Shown here: piece after piece, positions 31,143 through 41,120 of the stretch
How the letters are laid out: every line of letters begins with the position of its first letter
How positions within the stretch are numbered: the stretch's first letter is position 1
From: an uncultured cyanobacterium
GTDB taxonomy: Bacteria > Cyanobacteriota > Cyanobacteriia > Cyanobacteriales > Nostocaceae
Reading direction: 5' to 3'
Length of the DNA: 64,000 bases
Assembly: GCA_963740315.1 (NCBI GenBank)
Contig: CAVUDP010000002.1
Location: forward strand, 3,168,001 to 3,232,000
Made by a program: the position numbers and the translations under genes
The notes under the pieces: model-generated
Database searches by the model: none
What the model saw: the letters and a program-made list of their open reading frames with translations, nothing else
What the model was told of the DNA's origin: nothing

Positions 31143-31604
31143 TTAACTCTTCACTTCAACTTTAAGAAGGTAAGGAGCGACAAAGCCCTTGTAATCTTTC
31201 CTCCTACTTTCTGGTAAATCTTTCCAACCAGTAATTCTTCCCCGACACATTTTCGTGCCACACATACACAAGGGTGGAAAATAATTAACAGAATAATTTC
31301 TCATCGCATAATCAAAACTCAATTCTTCTCCCACACTGATGTTTTTCATTGCGACAAAATCATGAGCGCCTGTTTCATTGACTCTGATGCCACAATTAGG
31401 ATCGCAAGAGTGGTTCACTTTAGATATAAATCCAGCATGGAGAACAAATTTATTTTGGGCTACTTGTGAAGCGTGAGAATTATTTTCATCCAAGTTCTTT
31501 TCAATTCTTCCAACCATAACTGTCTCATCAGGCTTAAATGCTTGGGTGGCAAACATTCCTTCTCCTTTGCCATCAACATATCTTAATTCAAAACCATCTT
31601 TCAT
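31143..31604 (-). CDS. SET-domain protein-lysine methyltransferase with post-SET cysteines
   Basis: GKGEGMFA, NHSCDPN, GEELSFDY, CMCG...CRG. Confidence 0.9.
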   Translation of the reverse strand: MKDGFELRYVDGKGEGMFATQAFKPDETVMVGRIEKNLDENNSHASQVAQNKFVLHAGFISKVNHSCDPNCGIRVNETGAHDFVAMKNISVGEELSFDYAMRNYSVNYFPPLCMCGTKMCRGRITGWKDLPESRRKDYKGFVAPYLLKVEVKS

Positions 31605-31824
31605 TTTGTTCTACCCTACTTTTACAAGTATTAAATTAAACTATTCTCGAATTAGAATGTCATCAGGTTATCTTAAGCTTATTGATGCAAAATTCATTAT
31701 TAGTTGTTAATTCTTAGTTATTTGTATTACAACTTAACTTGCCATCTTCCCCTGAAACTTTTCTTGATTCGTAGTGGGGCTTTAGCACTTCTTGATTAAC
31801 TATTTTTTACATATTCTTGTTTTT

Positions 31825-31933
31825 CTTGTTCCCAGTCTCTGGCTGGGAATACATCTAGGCAAGGCTCTGCCTTCTTTGTATATCGGAGGCAGAGCCTCCC
31901 GTAAGCCATTCCCAGGCTCTGCCTGGGAACGAG
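31825..31933. mobile_element. MITE-like palindromic element
   Basis: Terminal IR CTTGTTCCCAG/CTGGGAACGAG; internal GGCTCTGCCT/AGGCAGAGCC; partial copies near 3010 and 47995. Confidence 0.65.
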
Positions 31934-31950
31934 AATAATAAAATAAAGAT

Positions 31951-32017
31951 GGTGCGTTACGGCATTATCAAGTTAATAACCTCTATATTGACTGATTTTA
32001 GCCGTAACACACCCTAC
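31951..32017 (-). repeat. GTAG-REP family C
   Basis: Minus strand GTAG-GGTGTGTTACGGC...GCCGTAACGCACC; related copy at 39855. Confidence 0.7.
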
Positions 32018-33786
32018 AAATTCTCTTTTCGCCATTTCGCTGACTTTTTACGATTGGTGGGTATTTCTAAAACCCGAATTCCTGTAATCGGCAATGGATT
32101 CAATTTATTACTCAACTCTTCCCAAGAAGTAATTAACTCGTGTTTCACGCCGTAAGTTTGACAAAGTTGAGCAAAGTCTATATCTTGTGGGGTTGCAAAT
32201 AACTCTTCAAAAGGCGGATCGAATTCTGATATGGGCAGCATTTCAAAGATTCCACCGCCGTTGTTGTTGATTAATACTATTGTTAGATGTCCGATAAACT
32301 TGTTTCTAATTAAAAAGCCGTTGGTATCGTGCAGTAATGCCAAGTCACCCGTTAGCATGACGCTGCTTTGTTGACGATGGGCGATTCCTAAAGCAGTTGA
32401 TAAAGTTCCATCAATACCGTTTGCACCACGGTTGAAAAATGGTTGAATGCCTAAATTATTCGGTTTCCAGAAAAATTCTACATCCCGCACCGCCATACTA
32501 TTGGCGATAAACAAAGGCGTTTGCGGTGGTAAAACTTGAGAAAGTAACCAAGCTGCTTTACCTTCAAATAACTCTGTCTTTTCTGCCAAAGCTGTATCGA
32601 TCTTTTCTCTCACCTGCGTTTCCGCATCCAACCACATATCAAGATAAGAATTTATTTTTTCCTCATCCCCTTGTCTCCCCCTCTCCCCATCTCCCCCTCT
32701 CCCCATCCCCTTGTCTCCCCATCGAATATCTTCCACATTCATCCGTAAATGAACTACCCTTCCATGCAAAGCATCAAGATTTTGATTTGAGGGTTCAATT
32801 ATCCACCGTAGAGGATTATTATTACTTAACCATTTGCGTAATACTTTGCTGGTGGGCATTTCGCCGATTTGAATTACTATTTCTGGGGTTAATTCTGTGG
32901 CAAAATCTGGATTTCTTAAAATTGAATCGTAAGTGGAAATAATGTTCTTATTGAGTGAAGCATGATTTCTAACTGGTGATAATCCCTCTGCTAAAACTGG
33001 AAATCTTAACTTTTGGGCAAGTTGCGCGATCGCACTACAATATTTTTGCGATCGTTGTGGCTGAGCAACACCAGCAATGATAATTCCCTTTTTGGTTTTG
33101 AGCCATTCTTGAGGAATAGGTATTTGGCAAGTTATCGAATGTTGATATTTATCCCTAACTGCGGCAAAAAATTCTTCTGAGTTAAAGTTTGATTTTAATG
33201 ATTCTAAAAATGCTGCATTTACATCCGAATCATCTTTAATTGGTGGAAGAGGGTCGCGAAACGGTATATTTAAATGTACTGCCCCAGAAACGGGATAAAG
33301 CGTTTGTTCGTAAGCGTATATCGTCGTTTGGCGCAAATAAGCTAACATTTCCATTGTTGGATGGGGAATTGCTAGCTCTGCTTGCCAGTTAGGATAATTG
33401 CCAAAAAGCTTCAATTGGTCTATCGTTTGTCCGGAATGACAATTACGCAATTCCTGCGGTCGATCGGCAGTTAATAATAGTAGAGGTATGCGACTATAAT
33501 TAGCTTCCACAACTGCGGAATAAAAATTTGCTCCTGCGGTACCAGAAGTGCAGACGACAGCAACAGGTAATCCCGTAGCTTTCGCTCTACCCAAAGCAAA
33601 GAAAGCGGCAGAGCGTTCATCAAGAATCGGAATCACTTCTATATCCGGACATTGAGCAAAAGCAACCGATATAGGAGTCGAACGAGAACCCGGACAAATC
33701 GCAGCACAATTTAAACCCAGTCGTTGCAACGTTTCAGTAAAAATAGAAGCCCAAAGTTCGTTAATATTCCTAAATCCAATCGGCAT
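32014..33786 (-). CDS. menD: SEPHCHC synthase MenD
   Basis: CPGSRSTP, DERSAAFFALG, TADRP, NRGANGIDG, GDLALLHD, NNNGGGIF. Confidence 0.96.
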   Translation of the reverse strand: MPIGFRNINELWASIFTETLQRLGLNCAAICPGSRSTPISVAFAQCPDIEVIPILDERSAAFFALGRAKATGLPVAVVCTSGTAGANFYSAVVEANYSRIPLLLLTADRPQELRNCHSGQTIDQLKLFGNYPNWQAELAIPHPTMEMLAYLRQTTIYAYEQTLYPVSGAVHLNIPFRDPLPPIKDDSDVNAAFLESLKSNFNSEEFFAAVRDKYQHSITCQIPIPQEWLKTKKGIIIAGVAQPQRSQKYCSAIAQLAQKLRFPVLAEGLSPVRNHASLNKNIISTYDSILRNPDFATELTPEIVIQIGEMPTSKVLRKWLSNNNPLRWIIEPSNQNLDALHGRVVHLRMNVEDIRWGDKGMGRGGDGERGRQGDEEKINSYLDMWLDAETQVREKIDTALAEKTELFEGKAAWLLSQVLPPQTPLFIANSMAVRDVEFFWKPNNLGIQPFFNRGANGIDGTLSTALGIAHRQQSSVMLTGDLALLHDTNGFLIRNKFIGHLTIVLINNNGGGIFEMLPISEFDPPFEELFATPQDIDFAQLCQTYGVKHELITSWEELSNKLNPLPITGIRVLEIPTNRKKSAKWRKENL

Positions 33787-33796
33787 GGGAAAGTAA

Positions 33797-33975
33797 GGTT
33801 AAAGGTTAAAGGTTAAAGGTCAAAGGTTAAAGGTTAAAGGTCAAAGGTCAAAGGTCAAAGGTTAAAGGTTAAAATTCCCCTTGTCTCCTTGTCCCCTTGT
33901 CTCCCCATCTCCTTGTCCCCCCATCCCCCCATCCCCCCATCCCCCCATCTCCTTGTCCCCCCATCCCCCTATCCC
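33797..33975. repeat. STRR tract
   Basis: (AAAGGT[TC])n followed by (CCCCCATC)n. Confidence 0.85.
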
Positions 33976-33984
33976 TTTAATCTC

Positions 33985-34353
33985 ATGGACTGTATCTACT
34001 TAACGGGAATTCGCGCTTACGGTTACACTGGCTATCTACCAGAAGAACAGGTATTAGGACAATGGTTTGAGGTGGATGTGAAGTTATGGCTGGATTTAAG
34101 TACACCCGCTCAAAGCGATGCGATTGAAGATACTATCGATTACCGCAGCGTTATTAGTTTAGTGCAAAATTTGGTGAAAAACTCGAAGTTTGCTTTAGTT
34201 GAACGTCTTGCTGGCTGTATTGCAGATTCTATTTTGCTTTCTAACGATTTAGTAAAGCAAGTAGAAGTTAATTTGAGTAAACCTGCTGCACCAATTCCAG
34301 ATTTTGGCGGCAAAATTACGATTAATCTAATTAGAAATAAGTCTAAAAATTAA
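33985..34353 (+). CDS. folB: Dihydroneopterin aldolase
   Basis: YGYTG...EEQVLGQWF, TIDY, LVERLA, KPAAPI; true start MDCIYL. Confidence 0.92.
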   Translation: MDCIYLTGIRAYGYTGYLPEEQVLGQWFEVDVKLWLDLSTPAQSDAIEDTIDYRSVISLVQNLVKNSKFALVERLAGCIADSILLSNDLVKQVEVNLSKPAAPIPDFGGKITINLIRNKSKN

Positions 34354-35310
34354 AATTTATTAATGCATTGAAGACCATCAGGACTAACTTACTAAAATGC
34401 AGTTGATGTGAAACCTTATGTTGTAACAGCAGCAGGTTCAAGGTCATGGTTTTATCGATTCCGCAAACAAACTTAACTTTTCTCTCTTACCTGAATTAGT
34501 TGAAAAAGTCATCTACCGATTTAGTTATTGATCAATATATGCCTTTCTGCATATTTTCAGATGGAGTTAATTTTGTCTATTATTGCAAGAGAGGAAAAAT
34601 CTTATATCATGTGAATTAACAATATTTAAAACTATATTTTTTTATAGTTTAGATATTGGTATAAACTTTTTTTGGAAATCTTCATATAAATAAAATATTC
34701 AAAAAAAATAAAAAAAACATTCATAATAGCTGATTTGAAAGCGATTAATTGGTATACCACAAGACAATATGCCGTTTTTCTCTCTAAAGGAAGAGTATTA
34801 CAAAGTTTATGTCTTGTGACTCGAATGTATGATGCAAATCTATTTAATATCAGTACATCATGCTGTTGTTTGATAGCTGCTTAGCTGTTAGTTAGGTTGA
34901 ATCGCCAGCCATCAAAAGCTTTCACGGTTGTTTGCTGCTTTTAAGCAAGCCTTGATTGCCCATTGTGTATCATTATCTTAATAGTGATATTTTTTTGATT
35001 TTTTTAAGTAAAAACCGCAACTATTCGTATTTCTAATAAAGATAATAATAGTTAACCATTTTTTTAGAAACCTTTTATACAAAGTATTTTGGAAAAAATT
35101 AATATTTGGCTATAATAATTTGATATTCATGAAATATAACTCAAACCCAGTAATAACAGTAGCTAAGAATAATGACCATAAATTCAATAGACACGATTGT
35201 GAAATAGGAACAATGTGACTTTCGAGATTTATTATTATGGAATTATTGAGATTTTAATTAGGTTAACACGAATAATTTGACCTGAATCTTAACTAGTAGG
35301 TAGAGCTAAC

Positions 35311-35630
35311 ATGAACAGCCCGAAAATCTTAGTTGACAAACATGAAGAAGACTGGAGTTTTAATTTTTTCTCATAGTTTACCTTCATTTTTGGTACACCT
35401 TTAGGGAAATGACTAATTCAATTAAAGAGGCGATCGCAAGAGTTGTAAAAACATTCAAAACATACAATTGATTGATATTTGCTTGACAGCAGACAGACGT
35501 AAATAGCAGATATTAGTCAGAATCATTATTCGATTTTGGTATTACATTCTACAGATAATTCGGAAAAGACGAAAATCATTAATACACCGTTGCCTACCTT
35601 TTCAACCCATTTATCAAAAGAGACTTTCAT
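35311..35630 (+). pseudogene. Decayed receiver (REC) domain upstream of the diguanylate cyclase
   Basis: Fragments in shifting frames: MNSPKILV, SIKEAIARV, LIDICL, IADISQNH..VLHST, FNPFIKRDFH joining MAIEMAIYK. Confidence 0.7.
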
Positions 35631-36593
35631 ATGGCTATCGAAATGGCTATCTACAAGCAAGAAGTACGCAAAGGATTGCAACAGCAAAAGCAAGAATTAG
35701 GTGCGATAATTAACAGCATGGGATGTGGAGTGATTATTACAGATGAAAATACCTGTATAGAAACTATTAATCCAGTAGCAGAAGCACTAACTGGTTGGCG
35801 GAGGTGTGAAGCGATTGGTAAAAACTTATTAGAAGTTTTCCAATTAAAAGATACGGATACGGAAGAAGAAATGGATAATTTAGCCGCACAAGCGATAAAA
35901 ACGGGTAAGGTTTTGAATTTACCAGAAAACTGTAAATTAGTTGCAAAAGATGGAAGAGAAATATCAATTGGAGATACTGTTGCACCCGTGCGCGGTGAAG
36001 ATGGAAAAATATTGGGTGCAGTGTTAGTCTTTCAAGATATTAGTCAACGCAAGAAGACAGAAGCGGAATTGATACGCAATGCTTTTTATGATTCAATAAC
36101 CGGATTGCCCAATCGAGTTTTATTTATTGATAGACTTACCCAGGCTTTTGAACATAGCAAACGCAGAAAGAATTATCGTTTTAGCGTTTTGTTCTTAGAT
36201 TTAGATGGTTTTAAGGGAATCAACGATAAATTTGGACATGGAATGGGCGATAAATTGTTAGTAGATATAAGCCAACTTTTGAAATCTAGTTTGCGTGGTG
36301 GCGATACTGTAGCTAGATTTGGCGGCGATGAATTTGCCATTCTTTTGGAAGATATTAAAGAAGTTACCGATGCTACTAACGTTGCCCTACGCATTCAAGA
36401 GAAGTTAGAAACGCCGTTTGATATTAAAGAGCGCAAGATATTAATTACAGCTAGTATCGGTATCGCTTTAAGTTGTAGGAGTCATGAAGAACCAGCAAAT
36501 CTCTTAGATGATGCAGACAGCGCAATGTACCAAGCTAAAGAACAAGGAAAAGCTCGGTATATAGTATTTAACAGTAAATTGCGATCGGTTTAA
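35631..36593 (+). CDS. PAS-GGDEF diguanylate cyclase (N-terminally eroded)
   Basis: PAS (INPVAEALTGW), YDSITGLPNR, DLDGFK, RFGGDEF. Confidence 0.88.
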   Translation: MAIEMAIYKQEVRKGLQQQKQELGAIINSMGCGVIITDENTCIETINPVAEALTGWRRCEAIGKNLLEVFQLKDTDTEEEMDNLAAQAIKTGKVLNLPENCKLVAKDGREISIGDTVAPVRGEDGKILGAVLVFQDISQRKKTEAELIRNAFYDSITGLPNRVLFIDRLTQAFEHSKRRKNYRFSVLFLDLDGFKGINDKFGHGMGDKLLVDISQLLKSSLRGGDTVARFGGDEFAILLEDIKEVTDATNVALRIQEKLETPFDIKERKILITASIGIALSCRSHEEPANLLDDADSAMYQAKEQGKARYIVFNSKLRSV

Positions 36594-36782
36594 AGGTTAA
36601 AGGTTAGAGGTAATTAATTAAAAAATCTTTTAGCCTTATGCCTATTTTTACTTTTATTTTTTATTTATGTAGTTGGCGATCGTTATTTATTACTGATAGC
36701 TGTAATAAATAACTTTAATTGAAGCTATATAATACGGGAAATTACCTATATCTATTGCCCGCTACTTTTTATAATAAATCTT

Positions 36783-36821
36783 TTCACAGTGGTTAATTTA
36801 AAGAAAAATAGCCACTGTGAA
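36783..36821. terminator. Stem-loop downstream of both the GGDEF gene and the small minus-strand ORF
   Basis: TTCACAGTGG...CCACTGTGAA 10-bp inverted repeat; no clear U tract. Confidence 0.4.
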
Positions 36822-36859
36822 CTGCGTTTATGGCAAAAGTCCTCTTCTACAACACTATC

Positions 36860-36964
36860 TCACATCAATGCGCTGCTTTTTATATTCAGAACGTGCATAA
36901 GCTTAAACTGGATGCAACTAGTACAGACGGGCGTTACGAGGGTACCCATATAATAACCGGACAT
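36860..36964 (-). ncRNA. Candidate conserved sRNA or 34-aa peptide locus (Yfr6-like)
   Basis: GC-richer island; ORF MSGYYMGTLVTPVCTSCIQFKLMHVLNIKSSALM resembles, from memory only, the short peptide frame of cyanobacterial Yfr6. Confidence 0.4.
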
Positions 36965-36998
36965 AAGGACCACAAGAAGACAGGCGACGCTACGGTTG

Positions 36999-37061
36999 AG
37001 AAGTCGGGTTTTTAGAATACGTATCTGTAATACACTTACAAATTTGATAAAAACCCGACTT
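36999..37061. repeat. Remote copy of the transposase-flanking palindrome
   Basis: AGAAGTCGGGTTTTT...AAAAACCCGACTT, similar arm spacing to 60940-61004. Confidence 0.75.
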
Positions 37062-37305
37062 ATGACCATTAAACAATAGATGAATTCAGTGTTTTAAGAT
37101 GCAAACCGTTAAGCATTATCTTGTTTTTAATCGCACGCAGAGCGTATTTGCTTAAAAGAGCGGCTATAATAGCCATACTCAAAATTGAAAATAAAGTTGA
37201 AAAAATTTAATAAATCCAAAGAAATATTAAGCAAAGCCAGACATAGCAAAATAATCGATCGCATAAAATGTGATGTCGATAGCAGTGTTATTTGACTAAC
37301 AATTA

Positions 37306-38619
37306 ATGTTGAATTTACAAGTGATAAACAAATTCAGAAATATATTGCAGAAACTTAAATTTCGAGCAGTTGCGATATTTCTTACTGTTGTGTTTGGGAT
37401 AGTGATTATATCAATAAAACCAGCCCAAACGCAGCAGCCAGTGGTGTTAAATCTGCTGATGACAGCGCCCGATGCCGAACCTTGGAAGCAGGGAATAATC
37501 AAAGATTTTGAAGCGACAAATCCCGGTATTCAGATTAATATTGTTGAAGGACCAAATGCGACAAATTTACTAGAAGATTTGTATACTTCTGCCTTTATTT
37601 TAGGCGATTCTCCTTATGACTTAGTAAATATGGATGTCATTTGGACACCTAAATTTGCTGCTGCTGGTTGGTTGTTGGATTTGACAGATAAAATATCTCA
37701 ACAGGAATTAACAGCATTTTCAGCAAAAGATGTAGAAGGGCGGCGTTACAAAGGTAAACTATACGCTATCCCCATGCGGAGCGATGTGGGAATGCTTTAT
37801 TACCGAGAAGATTTACTCAAAGAAGCCGGATTTAATCCTCCAGAAAGCTTCGATGATTTAATCAAAATATCCCAAACTTTACAAGATAAAACAAAAGTTC
37901 CCTGGGGTTATGTTTGGCAGGGTAAGCAATACGAAGGATTGGCAGCAATGTTTGTGGAAATCCTCGAAGGTTTTGGCGGTTATTGGGTTAATCCTGAAAC
38001 TTTAGAAGTGGGATTAGATTGACCAGAAACATTAGAAGCAATTGAATTTCTCAAAAATACGATTCAACCAACCGAAATTTCTCCTCCTGGAGTGACTACA
38101 TATCAAGAAGAAGAAACCAGGCGAATTTTTCAAAATGGAAATTCAGTTTTCTTAAGAAATTGGCCCTACGTTTGGCCCCTTGCAAACAAAGAATCTTCAC
38201 CCGTTGACGGTAAAATTGCCATCAAACCAATGGTGCATAACAAAAATGGAAGTAGTGGCGCTTGTTTGGGAGGTTGGGCTTTAGGAATATCTAAATCTAG
38301 CAAACATCCCGAAGAAGCTCTTATAGCAATTAAATATTTTACTTCAGAAGAAGCACAGCGAAAATTTGTTTTAGAAGCCGGATTTGTACCGAGTCGGCGA
38401 TCGCTATTTCTCGATCCACAAATTGTTGCTAAATATCCCCATTATCCCCAATTATTAAAAGTCGTAGATAAAGCGGTATTGCGTCCACCCATCGCCCAAT
38501 ACGCTCAAACATCCGATATTTTACAACGCTATCTTTCCGCAGCATTGACTTCGCGAATGACTCCCGAAGCAGCAATGAAGAATGCAGCATCCGAGACTCG
38601 TCAAGTTTTGGGGAGGTAG
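37306..38619 (+). pseudogene. Sugar ABC transporter substrate-binding protein interrupted by an in-frame TGA (38020-38022)
   Basis: The two ORFs share one frame: EVGLD*PETLEAIEFLK; GKQYEGL and FLRNWPY motifs. Confidence 0.85.
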
Positions 38620-38721
38620 GGGAGAGGGGGATGGGGAGATGGGGAGATGGGGAGATGGGGGGATGGGGACAAGGAGAGATGGGGACAAGGAGAAATATCA
38701 ATTCCTAACTCTTAACTCCTC

Positions 38722-38770
38722 AAGGTTACTGAGCAGTTCGACGTAGCTCACTGTAAGACTTGTCGAAGTA
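38722..38770. repeat. Small dispersed repeat with a nested 25-nt insert, inside an STRR tract
   Basis: Shared with 42339-42386; empty form at 46764 and 46801. Confidence 0.75.
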
Positions 38771-38846
38771 CTCCTAACTCCTAACTCCTCACTCTTAACT
38801 TATTCCTAGCAACTAACAACTAACAACTAACGACTAACTATTAAGT

Positions 38847-39734
38847 ATGGAAACAATTCGGAGTAGAGAACAGAAAACAGCGTGGATTTTGTTAATACCG
38901 GCAATACTTTTGCTGTTGTTGGTTTTTGGCTATCCTATTGCTCGTGCTTTTTGGTTGAGTTTGTTTACGGAAAATTTGGGAACGCAATTACAGCCGGTTT
39001 TTTCGGGTTTGGATAATTACGGAAGAATGGTGGGTGATGGTCGTTTTTGGCAAAGTTTTCTGGTAACAACTATCTTTACTAGCGCATCGGTAATTTCTGA
39101 ATTGCTATTAGGTTTAATAATAGCTTTGGTATTGAATCAGCAATTTTTTGGACGTGGTTTGGTACGAACTACCGCAATTTTACCTTGGGCTTTACCTACT
39201 GCTTTAATTGGTTTGGCTTGGGCTTGGATTTTTAACGATCAATTTGGAGTAGCGAACGATATTTTACGACGATTGGGTATTATTGAAACTGGTATTAATT
39301 GGTTGGGAGATCCGACTTTAGCAATGCTTTCAGTTATCGTTGCTGATGTGTGGAAAACAACGCCTTTTATCAGTATTTTGCTGTTAGCTGGTTTGCAGTC
39401 AATACCCGCCGATCTATATGAAGCACACTCTATTGATGGAGCGTCACCTTGGCAAAGTTTTCGACAAATAACCCTGCCGCTTTTGATACCACAAATTCTG
39501 ATAGCCGTATTATTTCGCTTTGCCCAAGCATTCGGAATCTTCGATTTAATTGCAGTAATGACGGGTGGTGGTCCTGGAGGTGCGACGGAAGTTGTATCGC
39601 TTTATATTTACTCTACCATCATGCGCTATTTAGATTTTGGTTATGGTGCGGCGTTGGTTGTAGTAACTTTTATGTTGTTAATTTTGGCTGTGGTTATTGC
39701 AAATTTACTACTTCGTATATCTCGCAGTACTTAA
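38847..39734 (+). CDS. Sugar ABC transporter permease
   Basis: GLDNY, VWKTTPF, LAGLQSIP..LYEA..IDGA (EAA loop). Confidence 0.92.
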   Translation: METIRSREQKTAWILLIPAILLLLLVFGYPIARAFWLSLFTENLGTQLQPVFSGLDNYGRMVGDGRFWQSFLVTTIFTSASVISELLLGLIIALVLNQQFFGRGLVRTTAILPWALPTALIGLAWAWIFNDQFGVANDILRRLGIIETGINWLGDPTLAMLSVIVADVWKTTPFISILLLAGLQSIPADLYEAHSIDGASPWQSFRQITLPLLIPQILIAVLFRFAQAFGIFDLIAVMTGGGPGGATEVVSLYIYSTIMRYLDFGYGAALVVVTFMLLILAVVIANLLLRISRST

Positions 39735-39764
39735 TGGGGACTACCGGAGTTAAGAGTTAAGAGT

Positions 39765-39987
39765 TATAGCAATCCTAAATCAGTTGTAAAAAAATTATGC
39801 TTATTTATAAGAATCCGATTTGAATTTTGAATAAATTAGGTATTTGTAGTATTTGTAGGGTGCATTATGGCTTCAGCCTAACGCACCAAGAATAAGACAG
39901 GATGATGCGTTGCGCTCTACGTATTTTCAATAATCAAATAGTAGCCCTATATATCTATAAAGTAAGTAATCATTTAAAACTGCTATA
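39765..39987. mobile_element. Triple-nested MITE/REP composite
   Basis: Three concentric imperfect inverted-repeat pairs. Confidence 0.6.
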
Positions 39988-40069
39988 GAAGTTATAAATT
40001 TAAATTGATAACTGGTTACTGCTAACTGCTCACTGCTAACTGCTCACTGTTCACTGATTAAAGGTTGAT

Positions 40070-40906
40070 ATGAAAAAAAACTTGGTTAAAACAATACTGC
40101 TGTGGATGGCAATTATTTTTGTAGTTGTATTCAGTTTGGCTCCGGCTTTATGGCAATTATTAACTTCATTTAAGGTGAATGAAGATATTTCACAAATTCG
40201 CACTATTTATTTTCCGACTCGCATTACTTTGAGTCATTACACTGAATTATTTACTCGTCGTCCGTTCTGGCGGTACATCTTAAATAGTGCTTTTGTTTCG
40301 ATTCTTTCTACAGCTTTTGCTTTAGGAATAGGTGCGCCTGCTGCTTATGCTTTGGCGCGTTTGCGTCCGAAGGGTCAAAATATTATTCTTGCTGGTATTT
40401 TGGTTGTGACTTTATTTCCAGGGATTTTATTATTCTTAGGGTTGTTAGAAATTGTTCAGTTTCTGCGTTTGGGTAACAATTATTTAGCGCTGATAATTCC
40501 TTATACTGCAATAAATTTACCGCTGACTATTTTGGTTTTACGCAGCTTTTTTGAGCAATTACCTAAAGATTTGGAAGATTCTGCGAGGGTTGACGGTTAT
40601 AATACCTGGCAAATGCTAACTCAAATAATTTTACCGATGACTCTTCCAGCTTTGGTGACAACGGGAATTCTCACCTTTATTTTTGCATGGAATGAATTTA
40701 TTTTCGCCTTAACATTTATTACCCGCGAAGATATGAAAACAATTCCCGTTGCAGCAGCCCAATTAAGCGGTGCATCAACTTTTGAAATTCCTTACGGTCC
40801 GATCGCTGCTGCCACAGTTTTAGGAACATTACCTTTAGTTTTACTAGTATTGTTCTTCCAACGCAAAATTGTCCAAGGGCTTACCGCAGGAGCAGTTAAG
40901 GGGTGA
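40070..40906 (+). CDS. Sugar ABC transporter permease
   Basis: LPKDLEDSARVDG, FAWNEF, GLTAGAVKG. Confidence 0.92.
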   Translation: MKKNLVKTILLWMAIIFVVVFSLAPALWQLLTSFKVNEDISQIRTIYFPTRITLSHYTELFTRRPFWRYILNSAFVSILSTAFALGIGAPAAYALARLRPKGQNIILAGILVVTLFPGILLFLGLLEIVQFLRLGNNYLALIIPYTAINLPLTILVLRSFFEQLPKDLEDSARVDGYNTWQMLTQIILPMTLPALVTTGILTFIFAWNEFIFALTFITREDMKTIPVAAAQLSGASTFEIPYGPIAAATVLGTLPLVLLVLFFQRKIVQGLTAGAVKG

Positions 40907-41120
40907 GTCAATTTTGGATTTTAGATTTTAGATTTTGGATTACATATTAGAGATAATCAATAAAAACTACCAATGATTTCTTTATTAGATATTGAATAAT
41001 CCAAAATCATGATGTAATCTCCTTAAACTCACCAAAAAAGGCTAAAAAAAATAGTAATCCGAAACTCACAATCTAAAATCTAAAATCTAAAATCTAAAAT
41101 CCAAAATCTAAAATTGAAAG

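Noticed and set aside
33889..33984. N-terminal extension of FolB
   Set aside because: STRR read-through; homology starts at MDCIYL
36830..37015. 61-aa plus-strand ORF
   Set aside because: Ends inside the mobile palindrome and has no recognisable motif; the minus-strand reading is preferred, but this one is not excluded
38020..38022. Selenocysteine recoding of the TGA
   Set aside because: Not a redox site in a sugar-binding protein, and no evident SECIS-like hairpin directly downstream
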